Shown: positions 16,110 through 26,198 of the stretch, piece by piece
Layout of the letters: every line of letters starts with the position of its first letter
Position numbering within the stretch: the first letter of the stretch is position 1
Sequence record: TARA_SAMEA6002221_METAG-scaffold_45
Direction: 5' to 3' (one strand)
From: a metagenome
DNA length: 32,000 nucleotides
The notes under the pieces: model-generated
The model's input: only the letters and a program-made list of their open reading frames with translations
What the model was told of the DNA's origin: nothing
Database searches by the model: none
Position numbers and translations under genes: made by a program

Positions 16110-17081
16110 ATGGATGGGGCGGAGGCGAGCGGGCGGGGACGGGCGGGACGAGGGACGCCGGGGACGACGCGGGCGACGGCGTTGGCGAGGCGCACGCGGG
16201 ACGAGGCGGCGGCGAGGGCGAACGCGGAGGAGGCGAGGGTGAAGGCGATGAGAGAGGGGAAAAAGATGAGCGAGAGTGAGATCAGGGCGACGTCGGAGCG
16301 TTTGTACAGGGGCGTGGGCGTCGTGGAGCGCGAGGGAGGGACGACGCCGAGGCGGAGGGCGAAGGAGGAGGGCGCGGCGGCGTGTACGTTTACACCGAAA
16401 ATCAGCGCGGCGAGTCGGAAATTGGCGCAAAAATTTAAAGAGAAACAACAGTTACAGCAGCAGCGGTCGCAGGCAGACGGCAAAAAATCCCACAAGAAGC
16501 AGCTCGCCGACGCCGGCTCGCCGACGACCGCGGCGACGTTGACGACGCGGGAGCGCGCCGAGTTGGCCGAGATCGACGCGCATTGCACGTTCACGCCGAC
16601 AATTTCTCGAAAATCGCGGGAGATTCACGCGAGTTTGGTGCGTCGAGCGTCGAGCGCGACGAAGACGCCGTCGTCGTTCGTCGAGCGCTCCAAGGTGTGG
16701 GCGCGACGCAAGGAGGAGATTCTTGAAGCCGAGCGAGAGGCGAAACGCGAGGGCGATCTGCGAGACTGCACGTTCCAACCGGTGACGTGCGACGCGACGT
16801 CGTCGTCGCCGATGGCTGTCGCGAAGACGCCGACGCCCGGTTTGGAATCGTACCTCGCGCGACAGGAACGCGCTCGAAAGATGCGCGAGGAGAGGGACGC
16901 TAAATTGAACCGTCCCGACGGATCGTCGTGGCGCCACGAGACGACGGTGCCTCAAGAATTTTCGTTTCAAACCGCGTCGACTGCGCGCGCAAAGGGCGAC
17001 GCGCCCGCGAAACAGTACGCGGACGCGCGAAGAGCGCTCAAGAATCGCACGCGGCCACCGTCGAGCGAGAGCGCGGCGTGA
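16110..17081 (+). CDS. Charged coiled-coil-like protein with three CTF-x-P repeats and a terminal T-V-P-Q-E-F-S-F-Q-T motif
   Basis: The ORF-track start at 16032 is TTG; the first in-frame ATG is 16110. The repeats are ACTFTPKISAASRKLA, HCTFTPTISRKSREI and DCTFQPVTCD. The C-terminal ETTVPQEFSFQTASTARAK resembles the TxPxxFxFxTxxR motif of TPX2-family proteins (weak recollection). Confidence 0.55.
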   Translation: MDGAEASGRGRAGRGTPGTTRATALARRTRDEAAARANAEEARVKAMREGKKMSESEIRATSERLYRGVGVVEREGGTTPRRRAKEEGAAACTFTPKISAASRKLAQKFKEKQQLQQQRSQADGKKSHKKQLADAGSPTTAATLTTRERAELAEIDAHCTFTPTISRKSREIHASLVRRASSATKTPSSFVERSKVWARRKEEILEAEREAKREGDLRDCTFQPVTCDATSSSPMAVAKTPTPGLESYLARQERARKMREERDAKLNRPDGSSWRHETTVPQEFSFQTASTARAKGDAPAKQYADARRALKNRTRPPSSESAA

Positions 17082-17422
17082 GAAAAATAGCGTTCGATTA
17101 TTCATTGTACATACAAGCACTGCGGTGCAGCACGACCTAAATAGTACATCCACCCACCCACTTTATCTATCCATCTACCCATGCCATCCAGCGCCGCTCG
17201 CGACGAATCCTCTCGTCGCGACTGCGGCGTCGACGACGGCCGCCGCCATCGCTCGCGCGCATCGCCGCCGCCACCATCGCCCACGCGTTCGATCCGCTCG
17301 CCGACGCGTGCGGCGCGACGAACGCGTCGCCCGCGACGCCGACGATTCGCGTCGCCGCGACGCCGACGACGAGGCGCCGCCGTCGACGACGCGTCTCCGT
17401 CGCGCGCGTCAATCTTCACACG

Positions 17423-17731
17423 ATGGCGACGACGAGCGCCACCGTTCGCGCGCTCCCTCGGACGAGAATCCACACGAACGCGAGGAACGCGAGGAACGCG
17501 AGAAACGCGAGGACGTCCGCGCCGTCTCCTCGCGCGTCGTCACCACCGCGCGCGATCCCACCGGTGTGGCGCGTCCCCGACGGGTCCAACCCGCTCGAGG
17601 CGCTCTTCGCGAGCGATTCCCCGATCGACGGTCTCGGCGCGCTCACCGGGTACTGGTACGCCGACGTCTTCGCGGCGATGAACGTCGCGTTGCTCCTCGC
17701 CCTCGCGCTGTACGCGTCGGACGACGAGTGA
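17423..17731 (+). CDS. Small (102 aa) protein: transit-peptide-like N-terminus, one C-terminal TM helix and an acidic end
   Basis: ATG at 17423. The N-terminus is Ala/Arg/Ser/Thr-rich and includes (NAR)4. It is followed by PLEALFASDSPIDGLGALTGYWYADVFAAMNVALLLALALYASDDE. Third positions are strongly G/C. The two overlapping ORFs in other frames are Arg-rich junk. Confidence 0.45.
   Translation: MATTSATVRALPRTRIHTNARNARNARNARTSAPSPRASSPPRAIPPVWRVPDGSNPLEALFASDSPIDGLGALTGYWYADVFAAMNVALLLALALYASDDE
17476..17511. repeat. 9-bp tandem repeat x4 (GAACGCGAG) encoding NARNARNARNAR
   Basis: gaacgcgag gaacgcgag gaacgcgag aaacgcgag, read directly from the sequence. Confidence 0.85.
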
Positions 17732-17767
17732 GACGACCGATTCGCGCGCGTCCCCGCGCGCGTCCCA

Positions 17768-17805
17768 TAAACCCTCGTCGGACGCACTAAACCCTCGTCG
17801 GACGC
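17768..17805. repeat. Tandem duplication of TAAACCCTCGTCGGACGC (20-bp period) about 95 bp upstream of the tRNA
   Basis: Exact 18-mers sit at 17768-17785 and 17788-17805. Each contains AAACCCT, which is one unit of the plant-type telomere repeat (telo-box-like core). Confidence 0.8.
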
Positions 17806-17898
17806 CCATAACCTTGACGATCTCAATGCCGACGCGTGGGGGGTGTAGATTTTACGAAGGGTTCGTCGTCAATAGACGTCATACAAAGACATACGGAC

Positions 17899-18013
17899 GG
17901 GGATGTGGTCTAGTGGTATGATTCTCCCTTCGGGTGATGTAACCCAGCGCTGAAGTGCGCTCGATGCGAAAAGAATGTGGGAGAGGCCCCGAGTTCGATT
18001 CTCGGCATCCCCC
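17899..18013 (+). tRNA. tRNA-Pro(CGG): tRNA-Pro (anticodon CGG) with a 43-nt intron at the canonical 37/38 position
   Basis: The acceptor stem GGGGATG pairs with CATCCCC. The D region TGGTCTAGTGGTATGATTCTC is close to canonical cytosolic tRNA-Pro (A box). The anticodon arm is CTCCC-TTCGGGT-GGGAG, interrupted after G37 by 17935-17977 (boundary ambiguous by 1-2 nt). The T arm is CCGAG-TTCGATT-CTCGG (B box). Intron ACCC can pair with GGGT of the anticodon loop, and the intron has an internal hairpin AGCGC/GCGCT. The mature length is 72 nt. Confidence 0.9.
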
Positions 18014-18045
18014 GTTATATGTAAGGGCTATGAAGCCTGTTCATA

Positions 18046-18051
18046 TTTTTT
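18046..18051 (+). terminator. Pol III terminator T6 tract downstream of tRNA-Pro
   Basis: TTTTTT lies 33 nt after the tRNA 3' end and is the first T run of 4 or more downstream. Confidence 0.6.
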
Positions 18052-18183
18052 ATCTGTGTCGTGATGACCCATCGATCGCGGAGGCGCGGCGCGCGCCGAC
18101 GGTTGAGAAGTCGAAGCGTCGTCACGTGGCGTCGCGCGTTGTGCTGTGCTGTAATAATGCTATAACAACGATGCGTTGCGTAC

Positions 18184-20445
<2,262 letters not shown>

Positions 20446-20534
20446 CGCGCGCTCGCGCGTCGACGCGCTCGGCAAAGGCGCGACGACGACGCGCGCGATG
20501 ATGAGATGATGGGCGCACTCGAGTCCCCCATAGA

Positions 20535-20764
20535 TCACGGGTCATGATTCAACGAACGAGTCATGACGCGAGAATGTGGGTGGGCACGTCGACGGCAGGG
20601 GTGGTCGGTGGGTGGTCCCATCGCATCGCATCGCATCGAGAATCGGACGTTTCGTGCGTACCCTGTGTGAAAATACACCGTGTGAGGGGGTACGTTCTGA
20701 ACCTCATCCACCAGGTGGCGTCGTCGATGGGGCGGAGGGACTCGTGACGAGTCATGACCCGTCG
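20535..20764. promoter_or_regulatory. Cluster of GAGTCATGAC-type motifs in the KRI1/squalene-epoxidase divergent promoter
   Basis: The exact 12-mer ACGAGTCATGAC occurs at 20556-20567 and 20747-20758. There is an 11-bp inverted pair, ACGGGTCATGA at 20537-20547 and TCATGACCCGT at 20752-20762. The core GTCATGAC is an 8-bp palindrome. (CATCG)4 lies at 20619-20638. Confidence 0.6.
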
Positions 20765-21023
20765 TGGTCGTCACCCACGATGCGTTCCCGGACGCGCGCG
20801 ACCGATGGATGACGCGCGCGTCTCGTCGTCGTCGCGTCGCCAGTCTCGCGCGCGCGTCCGCCGGTGCGTCGAGCGTTGAGACGAGCGTCGCGTCGACCGT
20901 CGACGCGTCGAGAGTCGAGCGTCGAGCGTCGACCGTCGTCGCGGAATTCGCGCGAATCATCGAGCGTCATCGGCCCGTTCGTCCGGTCGAGGAACGCGCG
21001 GTCGAGCGTCGCGCGAGAGCGTC

Positions 21024-22589
21024 ATGGGAAGCTCTCGCGAGGCGGTCGGTTCGCGTTCGAAACGCGCGAGCGAGGATGCGAGCGCGGCGCCGGCGCGAGA
21101 GGCGAGGGGGGACGACGCGGGCGCGTGGGACGTCGTCGTCGTCGGCGCGGGCGTGGCGGGGGCGAGTCTGGCGCACTCGTTCGGGAAGCAAGGTCGGCGC
21201 GTGTTGTGCGTGGAGCGAGATTTGAGCGAACCGGATCGAATCGTGGGGGAGTTGTTACAGCCCGGTGGGTACTTAAAGCTGAAAGAGCTCGGATTGGAGT
21301 CGTGCGTCGAGGGCATCGACGCGCAAAAGGTGTACGGGTACACGATGTTTAAGAACGGCGAGGTGGCGACGATGATGTACCCGCTCGAGGGACGCTCGGA
21401 AGACGTCGCGGGACGGAGTTTTCATAACGGGCGATTCGTGCAAAAGCTTCGAGAGGCGGCGCGCGCGGTCGAGGGCGTGGAGCTTCGTCAAGGGACGGTG
21501 AAGAAGCTGCTCAACGCGCGAGGCGAGGAGTGGACCGAGGGCGAGACGGTGGCGGGAGTGTCGTACACCACCGGGGAAACCTGGGACGCCAAGGCGCAAA
21601 AGGTGATTCCCGGGTCGAGCGTCACCAAGACGGTGTTCGCACCGCTCACGGTGGTGTGTGATGGCCATTTTAGCAGTTTGCGCTCCAAGTTGAGTCCGCA
21701 GTCGTCGCCGAATCACCCGAGCCACTTCGTCGGGGTGATTTTGAAGGGGGCGCCGAGCGACTTGTTGCCGAACAGTAGCCACGGTCACGTCGTGCTCGGT
21801 GACCCGTCGCCGGTGCTGTTTTATCCAATCTCATCCAACGAAGTGCGATGCTTGGTGGATATTCCCGCGTCGGTGAAGATGCCGAGCGTGGCCAAGGGGG
21901 AGATGGCCAAGTACGTGTTGGAGAAGATTGTGCCGCAGGTTCCGGAGCAGCTTCGACCGCACCTCGTGTTCGCGGTGGAGCAAGGAAACTTTAGATCGAT
22001 GCCGAACAAGACGATGGCGGCGAAACCGACGCGAACTCCAGGAGCCGTGCTCTTGGGCGACGCATTCAACATGCGACACCCGCTCACGGGCGGCGGCATG
22101 ACGGTGGCGCTCAACGACATTTCCACCTTTAAGTCGATGCTCTCGCCGTTACCGAAATTTTCGGACCCCGTGGAGACCGGGGCGAAGCTCGACGAGTTTT
22201 ACCGCCACCGCACGCGACCGGCGTTGACGATAAATACGCTCGCCAACGCGCTGTACGCCGTCTTTTGCTCGAGCAGCGACTCGAGCATGGAAGAAATGCG
22301 CCAGGCGTGTTTCGAGTACCTCAAGCTCGGTGGAAGTTACGCGCGCGGTCCGATTGCGCTCTTGGGCGGTCTCGATCCGAATCCACTCAATCTGGTGAAT
22401 CACTTTTTTAGCGTCGCACTCTTCGGCATCGGACGTCTCATGGTGCCGCTTCCGACGCCCGAGCGTCTGCTCCAGAGCGGTAACATTTTAGCCGGGGCGT
22501 GCAAGATCATCTTCCCCATCGTCAAGGGCGAGGGGTTCGCGCGCATGTTCTTTCCAGCGTGGCTTCGAACGCGTCTAGGAATCATTTAG
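21024..22589 (+). CDS. SQE: Squalene monooxygenase (squalene epoxidase)
   Basis: ATG at 21024. The FAD fold is DVVVVGAGVAGASLAHSFGKQGRRVLCVERD, followed by PDRIVGELLQPGGYLKLKELGL. GDAFNMRHPLTGGGMTVAL and the C-terminal hydrophobic segment are typical of the ERG1/SQLE family. Confidence 0.9.
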   Translation: MGSSREAVGSRSKRASEDASAAPAREARGDDAGAWDVVVVGAGVAGASLAHSFGKQGRRVLCVERDLSEPDRIVGELLQPGGYLKLKELGLESCVEGIDAQKVYGYTMFKNGEVATMMYPLEGRSEDVAGRSFHNGRFVQKLREAARAVEGVELRQGTVKKLLNARGEEWTEGETVAGVSYTTGETWDAKAQKVIPGSSVTKTVFAPLTVVCDGHFSSLRSKLSPQSSPNHPSHFVGVILKGAPSDLLPNSSHGHVVLGDPSPVLFYPISSNEVRCLVDIPASVKMPSVAKGEMAKYVLEKIVPQVPEQLRPHLVFAVEQGNFRSMPNKTMAAKPTRTPGAVLLGDAFNMRHPLTGGGMTVALNDISTFKSMLSPLPKFSDPVETGAKLDEFYRHRTRPALTINTLANALYAVFCSSSDSSMEEMRQACFEYLKLGGSYARGPIALLGGLDPNPLNLVNHFFSVALFGIGRLMVPLPTPERLLQSGNILAGACKIIFPIVKGEGFARMFFPAWLRTRLGII

Positions 22590-22657
22590 CGTCGGCGCGA
22601 ACCGGTTGGCGACTTCCGCATCACAATTCACGTACTATTATTATGTTACACTCGCCC

Positions 22658-23251
22658 TCACTCGTCGAACGGATACTCCTCGGGCACGAGCTCCAAGAGC
22701 TTGACGCGAATCGCAAACTTCTCCCCCGTTCCGCGCAACGGATCGCTCTCGAACGAACACGCCGTGCGCACCCGCACCGCCTCCAACGCGCCCTGAATCG
22801 TCCCGCACAGCGCGTTACAGTAATACAGATCCCCGTACCTCTTCGGCAGCTCCACAAACTCCGCCAGAGGATTACTCTCCATCTCGATCACGCACTCATC
22901 CCTCTCCTCGCTCCAATCCCTCGTCCTCGCCTCGACGTTTAAAAACATCTTCAATCCAACCTTGGCCGTCATCTCCATCGCATCCTCGAACGACCGACAC
23001 CCCCCAGCGCTCGCGTTCGTCTTCGCCAGGTACTCCTCGATGATCCTCGCCCCGATCGACCGTCCGATTCGCTCCAACGCCCCGTTCGTCGCCTCCACGT
23101 CGTCCTCGCGGTCGCGCAAAATCTGCCGCACGAAGGCGCCGTGCGTGAGCGCGAACAGTTCCGCGTTCACCTTCTCCGCCCCGTTCCAACACGCGCCACC
23201 GAGCGTCTCCGGACGCACGCGACGAGGCGTCGTCTGCGCGTTCGGCGCCAT
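22658..23251 (-). CDS. BET3: TRAPP complex subunit BET3/TRAPPC3
   Basis: KVNAELFALTHGAFVRQILRD...IGARIIEEYLAKT...CRSFEDAMEMTAKVGLKMFLNVEA...ESNPLAEFVELPKRYGDLYYCNALCGTIQGALEAV is collinear with TRAPPC3. The ORF-track start at 23254 is GTG; the ATG is at 23251. Confidence 0.85.
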   Translation of the reverse strand: MAPNAQTTPRRVRPETLGGACWNGAEKVNAELFALTHGAFVRQILRDREDDVEATNGALERIGRSIGARIIEEYLAKTNASAGGCRSFEDAMEMTAKVGLKMFLNVEARTRDWSEERDECVIEMESNPLAEFVELPKRYGDLYYCNALCGTIQGALEAVRVRTACSFESDPLRGTGEKFAIRVKLLELVPEEYPFDE

Positions 23252-23501
23252 CACCGCGCGCGCGCGCGTCTCCCGTCCGTCTTCCTCGACGACGGATGAT
23301 TCCGACGGATGATTCGGATGATTCGTGGCGAGGACCCGATGGACTCTTTGTCGAGTCCCAACCCATCAACTAATGACGAGTCACGATTCGGAAAACAGTC
23401 CCCGTGCCCATCCACGTGCCCACGTCACGTCCCGTTCCCCCGACGTCCCCACACGCGCGCGCTCGCTCGCGCGCGCCCGCGTTCGAGCTCCTCCGCTCGG
23501 C

Positions 23502-25730
23502 ATGGCGTCGCTCGCGATCGCGCCGTCCGTCGCGCGCGCGACGACGCGCGTCCGCGCGAGCGCGAGACGAGGAAATGCATCCACCGCGCGGTGCGCGACG
23601 ACGCGCTCGAGGCGCGAGCGCGCGTCGACGACGGGGACGGCGTCTTCGCGCGCGCGCGTCGGTGGGGCGCGCGATGCGATGACGTCGGATACCCGCGGTG
23701 ATGTTTCGGCGCGCGCGATACGGGACGCCGAGGACGCGGGGGAAGATTCGTGGGCGAAATCGTCGAGGGGAGGCGAGGCGTCGGCGTCGGCGTCGGCGAC
23801 GGGCGAGAGTTTCGGGAATCCGAACGCGAGTGGGTTTAGTTTCGGATTGTACACCTCGGCGGGGGCGAAGCCGTACAACAGCGAAGCGGAGGCTCGATCG
23901 GACGCGGCGCGTAGGTTGGAGCGTTTAGAGTCGTTGACGCAGTTGAGGGAGCTGTACGCGATTGTCGTCGACTGCGAGCAGCGTTTGGCGGATGAGAATC
24001 TCGTCGGTCTCGCGGGGGAGTGTGAGGAGGCGAACGTATTGCGAGGAAAACCGTTGAGCTCGTTTACCGTACCGAGCACGGAGCTTGAGGAGGCGATGAG
24101 CGTGTTGGAGGAGACGGTGGAGATTTTGTCTTTGCTCGAGGATGAAAAGCAAAAGTTGCGCTCGGCGGGGACGCTCATGGATGGTAAGTGGGAGCAAGTG
24201 TTTAGCGAGACGACGAGCGCTCGAGAGATTTTAGAGAAAAAGTTTGCCGACTGTGCCGATCGCGTCGAGGCGCGGTCCGCCGAGATGGCGGCGTATTTAC
24301 CGTACTCGTCGTGCGCCGAGGCTGAGCGCGCGCTCGAAGAGACGCGCGCCGCCATTGAGGCGGCCGAGGAGGATCAGGGTGAGAAGCAGGTGGGGGCGAG
24401 ACTGCGGCCGATCGGGCGCAGAGTCGGTCGTTTCACGTCGAGACGGGTTCGGAGCGCGGAGGGCGTTCTCGGAGAGGGTATCGAGGCGCTCAAATTGAGA
24501 CCGCGACAGTCACTGTCCAACGCCGCGAACTACTCGAAGGGCATCTGGGCGCGCATCAACGGTGTCGGTGACACGGGCACGGTGGAGGCTTTGAAAAACT
24601 TTCCGTTGCCCGTGGTGTTTCGTGAACAGCGTGAGGCGCGCATTTTGCGGCTCACGATTGAGGTTCAGGACAGGGACTTGGCGTTGACCGAGGCGCAGCG
24701 GGAACGCGAACACATCATCTCGCAGGGTCGCAGCGCTGGAGCCCTCTCTCGCGTCGCGCTCGGCGATAAAGTGCGCGTGTGCGACGAAAAGGTGACTCGC
24801 ATCCGTCGCGTGTTCGCCGTGCGCACGTTCCAAATGGAGATGGAACGCATCTTGTTGGCGCTCGAGGAAGAGGCGGTGTCTCCGCCGGACGCCTTCTCCA
24901 AGGATGAAATCGAGGACATGCGACTGATGGTTGCTGAATTCGGCGTCATGGATCTCACACTGCGCAACATGATCTCTCTCGTCGATCGTCAGGAGTCCGA
25001 GCTCATCGATGACGAGGATTTATCAAAACTCGCCATGGAGATTCCCGACATGAAGCTGCGGTTGGCCATTAAAGACGAGCCAAACGTGGCCATGTCGCTC
25101 GACGTCGCGAGAGAACGCATGATTTTGACGGCGGAGGAGGCGCTCTTGACGATACGCGAGGCAGGAACGTTCATCGTTCGCGGTGTTCGCTTACTAGGAT
25201 CGGACATCGGAGCGTCCATGCGCTTATTCCTTCGCGCCGCGTTTGGCACGACGCTGCGTCCTCGCGAGGTGCAAATTCTTCGTCGCACTGTCCTAGACAT
25301 CTTCACCTTTGTGCCCTTCGTGATCATCCTCATCACCCCGATCACGCCGGTCGGACACGTACTCGTGTTCGGTTTCATTCAAAAGTATTTCCCGCAGCTC
25401 TTCCCTTCGCAGTTTACCACGCGAAGACAGGAATTGATGCAAAAGTACGAAGAACTCAAGGAGCAACTCGCCATCGCCGAAGAGGAAGCCGACGCGGCGA
25501 ACGAGAGCGCCGCACTTCGCAAAGCCGTCGAAGCGGTGAGTTCCGTCCGCGGCTTCATCTCAGGTGCGGTACAAGACGCCGCCGAGTCCATAACCTCGGA
25601 CCGAGGCGCGGATGTGTCGGAGGAACGCATGCAAGCGCTCCGCGCCGAGTTGGACGAAACCGAGTTACGATTGAGTGAATCCATCGACGACTCCGCGTCG
25701 GGCAAAGACGGCGACAAGAAGACAAGCTAA
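23502..25730 (+). CDS. LETM1-like membrane protein with long N-terminal coiled-coil regions and a transit-peptide-like start
   Basis: The LETM1-type block is GTFIVRGVRLLGSDIGASMRLFLRAAFGTTLRPREVQILRRTVLDIFTFVPFVIILITPITPVGHVLVFGFIQKYFPQLFPSQFTTRRQELMQKYEELK. The start is placed at ATG 23502 (MASLAIAPSVARATTRVRASARR). The first 59 codons of the ORF overlap the promoter motif region and look non-coding. Confidence 0.75.
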   Translation: MASLAIAPSVARATTRVRASARRGNASTARCATTRSRRERASTTGTASSRARVGGARDAMTSDTRGDVSARAIRDAEDAGEDSWAKSSRGGEASASASATGESFGNPNASGFSFGLYTSAGAKPYNSEAEARSDAARRLERLESLTQLRELYAIVVDCEQRLADENLVGLAGECEEANVLRGKPLSSFTVPSTELEEAMSVLEETVEILSLLEDEKQKLRSAGTLMDGKWEQVFSETTSAREILEKKFADCADRVEARSAEMAAYLPYSSCAEAERALEETRAAIEAAEEDQGEKQVGARLRPIGRRVGRFTSRRVRSAEGVLGEGIEALKLRPRQSLSNAANYSKGIWARINGVGDTGTVEALKNFPLPVVFREQREARILRLTIEVQDRDLALTEAQREREHIISQGRSAGALSRVALGDKVRVCDEKVTRIRRVFAVRTFQMEMERILLALEEEAVSPPDAFSKDEIEDMRLMVAEFGVMDLTLRNMISLVDRQESELIDDEDLSKLAMEIPDMKLRLAIKDEPNVAMSLDVARERMILTAEEALLTIREAGTFIVRGVRLLGSDIGASMRLFLRAAFGTTLRPREVQILRRTVLDIFTFVPFVIILITPITPVGHVLVFGFIQKYFPQLFPSQFTTRRQELMQKYEELKEQLAIAEEEADAANESAALRKAVEAVSSVRGFISGAVQDAAESITSDRGADVSEERMQALRAELDETELRLSESIDDSASGKDGDKKTS

Positions 25731-25975
25731 AGCACTCAATACCGCTTTACGGCTTTACAGCTTAATATTACTTTTTTAGTAGTCTTTTCCGCGCCGGCGC
25801 TTCTCCTCGCGCCTTCCCGTCGGCAACCGCCGCGCGCGACGTCACACCGCGGTGCATGCCCGCGCTCGCGCCCGTCGCGTCCGCGTGTGCGTCGGTCGCG
25901 TGGACACGCACCTCACGCATCGCGTGCGCGCATCGCCGGTCGCCTCGCGCGTCGTCGATCGCCTCGCGCGCGACG

Positions 25976-26095
25976 ATGACGAAGGAGGACGCCGCGCACT
26001 CCTGGTCGTGGCCTTCCGAGACGCCCGCCGGCGCACACGTCGTCGGCGAGAGTTTTCGAGTCAAAGGGTTACACCTGACGAACCACGAGATTGCG
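25976..26095 (+). CDS. Prolyl aminopeptidase (S33 alpha/beta hydrolase), exon 1
   Basis: MTKEDAAHSWSWPSETPAGAHVVGESFRVKGLHLTNHEIA ends in phase 0 at the donor GCG|GTGCGT. An alternative upstream ATG at 25856 would add a 40-aa presequence. Confidence 0.65.
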
Positions 26096-26198
26096 GTGCG
26101 TCCACCGGCGCCGTTGAACGCGCGCGCGCGCGCGCGTCGTCACCGTCGTCGTCGTCATCACCGATCGAGCCACTGACCTCTGTTTCGTCTTCGCGCAG

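Noticed and set aside
18059-18180. GTGATGA (C-box-like) sequence downstream of the tRNA, as a possible C/D snoRNA.
   Set aside because: There is no CTGA D box, no terminal stem and no guide-like region within about 120 nt. The sequence is better explained as a variant of the ATGACCC(R)TC repeat family, or as the KRI1 3' UTR.
20535-20970. ORFs of 141 aa and 72 aa (-), and ORFs at 20764-21352 (+), in the KRI1/SQE spacer. ORFs at 30168-30527 (-) and 30354-30698 (+) in the DEAD-box/RPL35A spacer.
   Set aside because: The translations are dominated by repeats (STLDASTVDA from GTCGAGCG repeats; RSRSRSRS/TRTRTR from GCGTTC repeats) and by Arg. There are no motifs. They are more likely promoter or 5' UTR DNA, although these spacers (about 580 and 780 bp) are long for this genome.
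25856-25975. Upstream ATG at 25856, adding a 40-aa extension (MPALAPVASACASVAWTRTSRIACAHRRSPRASSIASRAT) to the aminopeptidase.
   Set aside because: This is not excluded, since it could be a targeting peptide. I cannot distinguish it from 5' UTR by sequence alone, so the conservative start at 25976 is reported and the alternative is noted.
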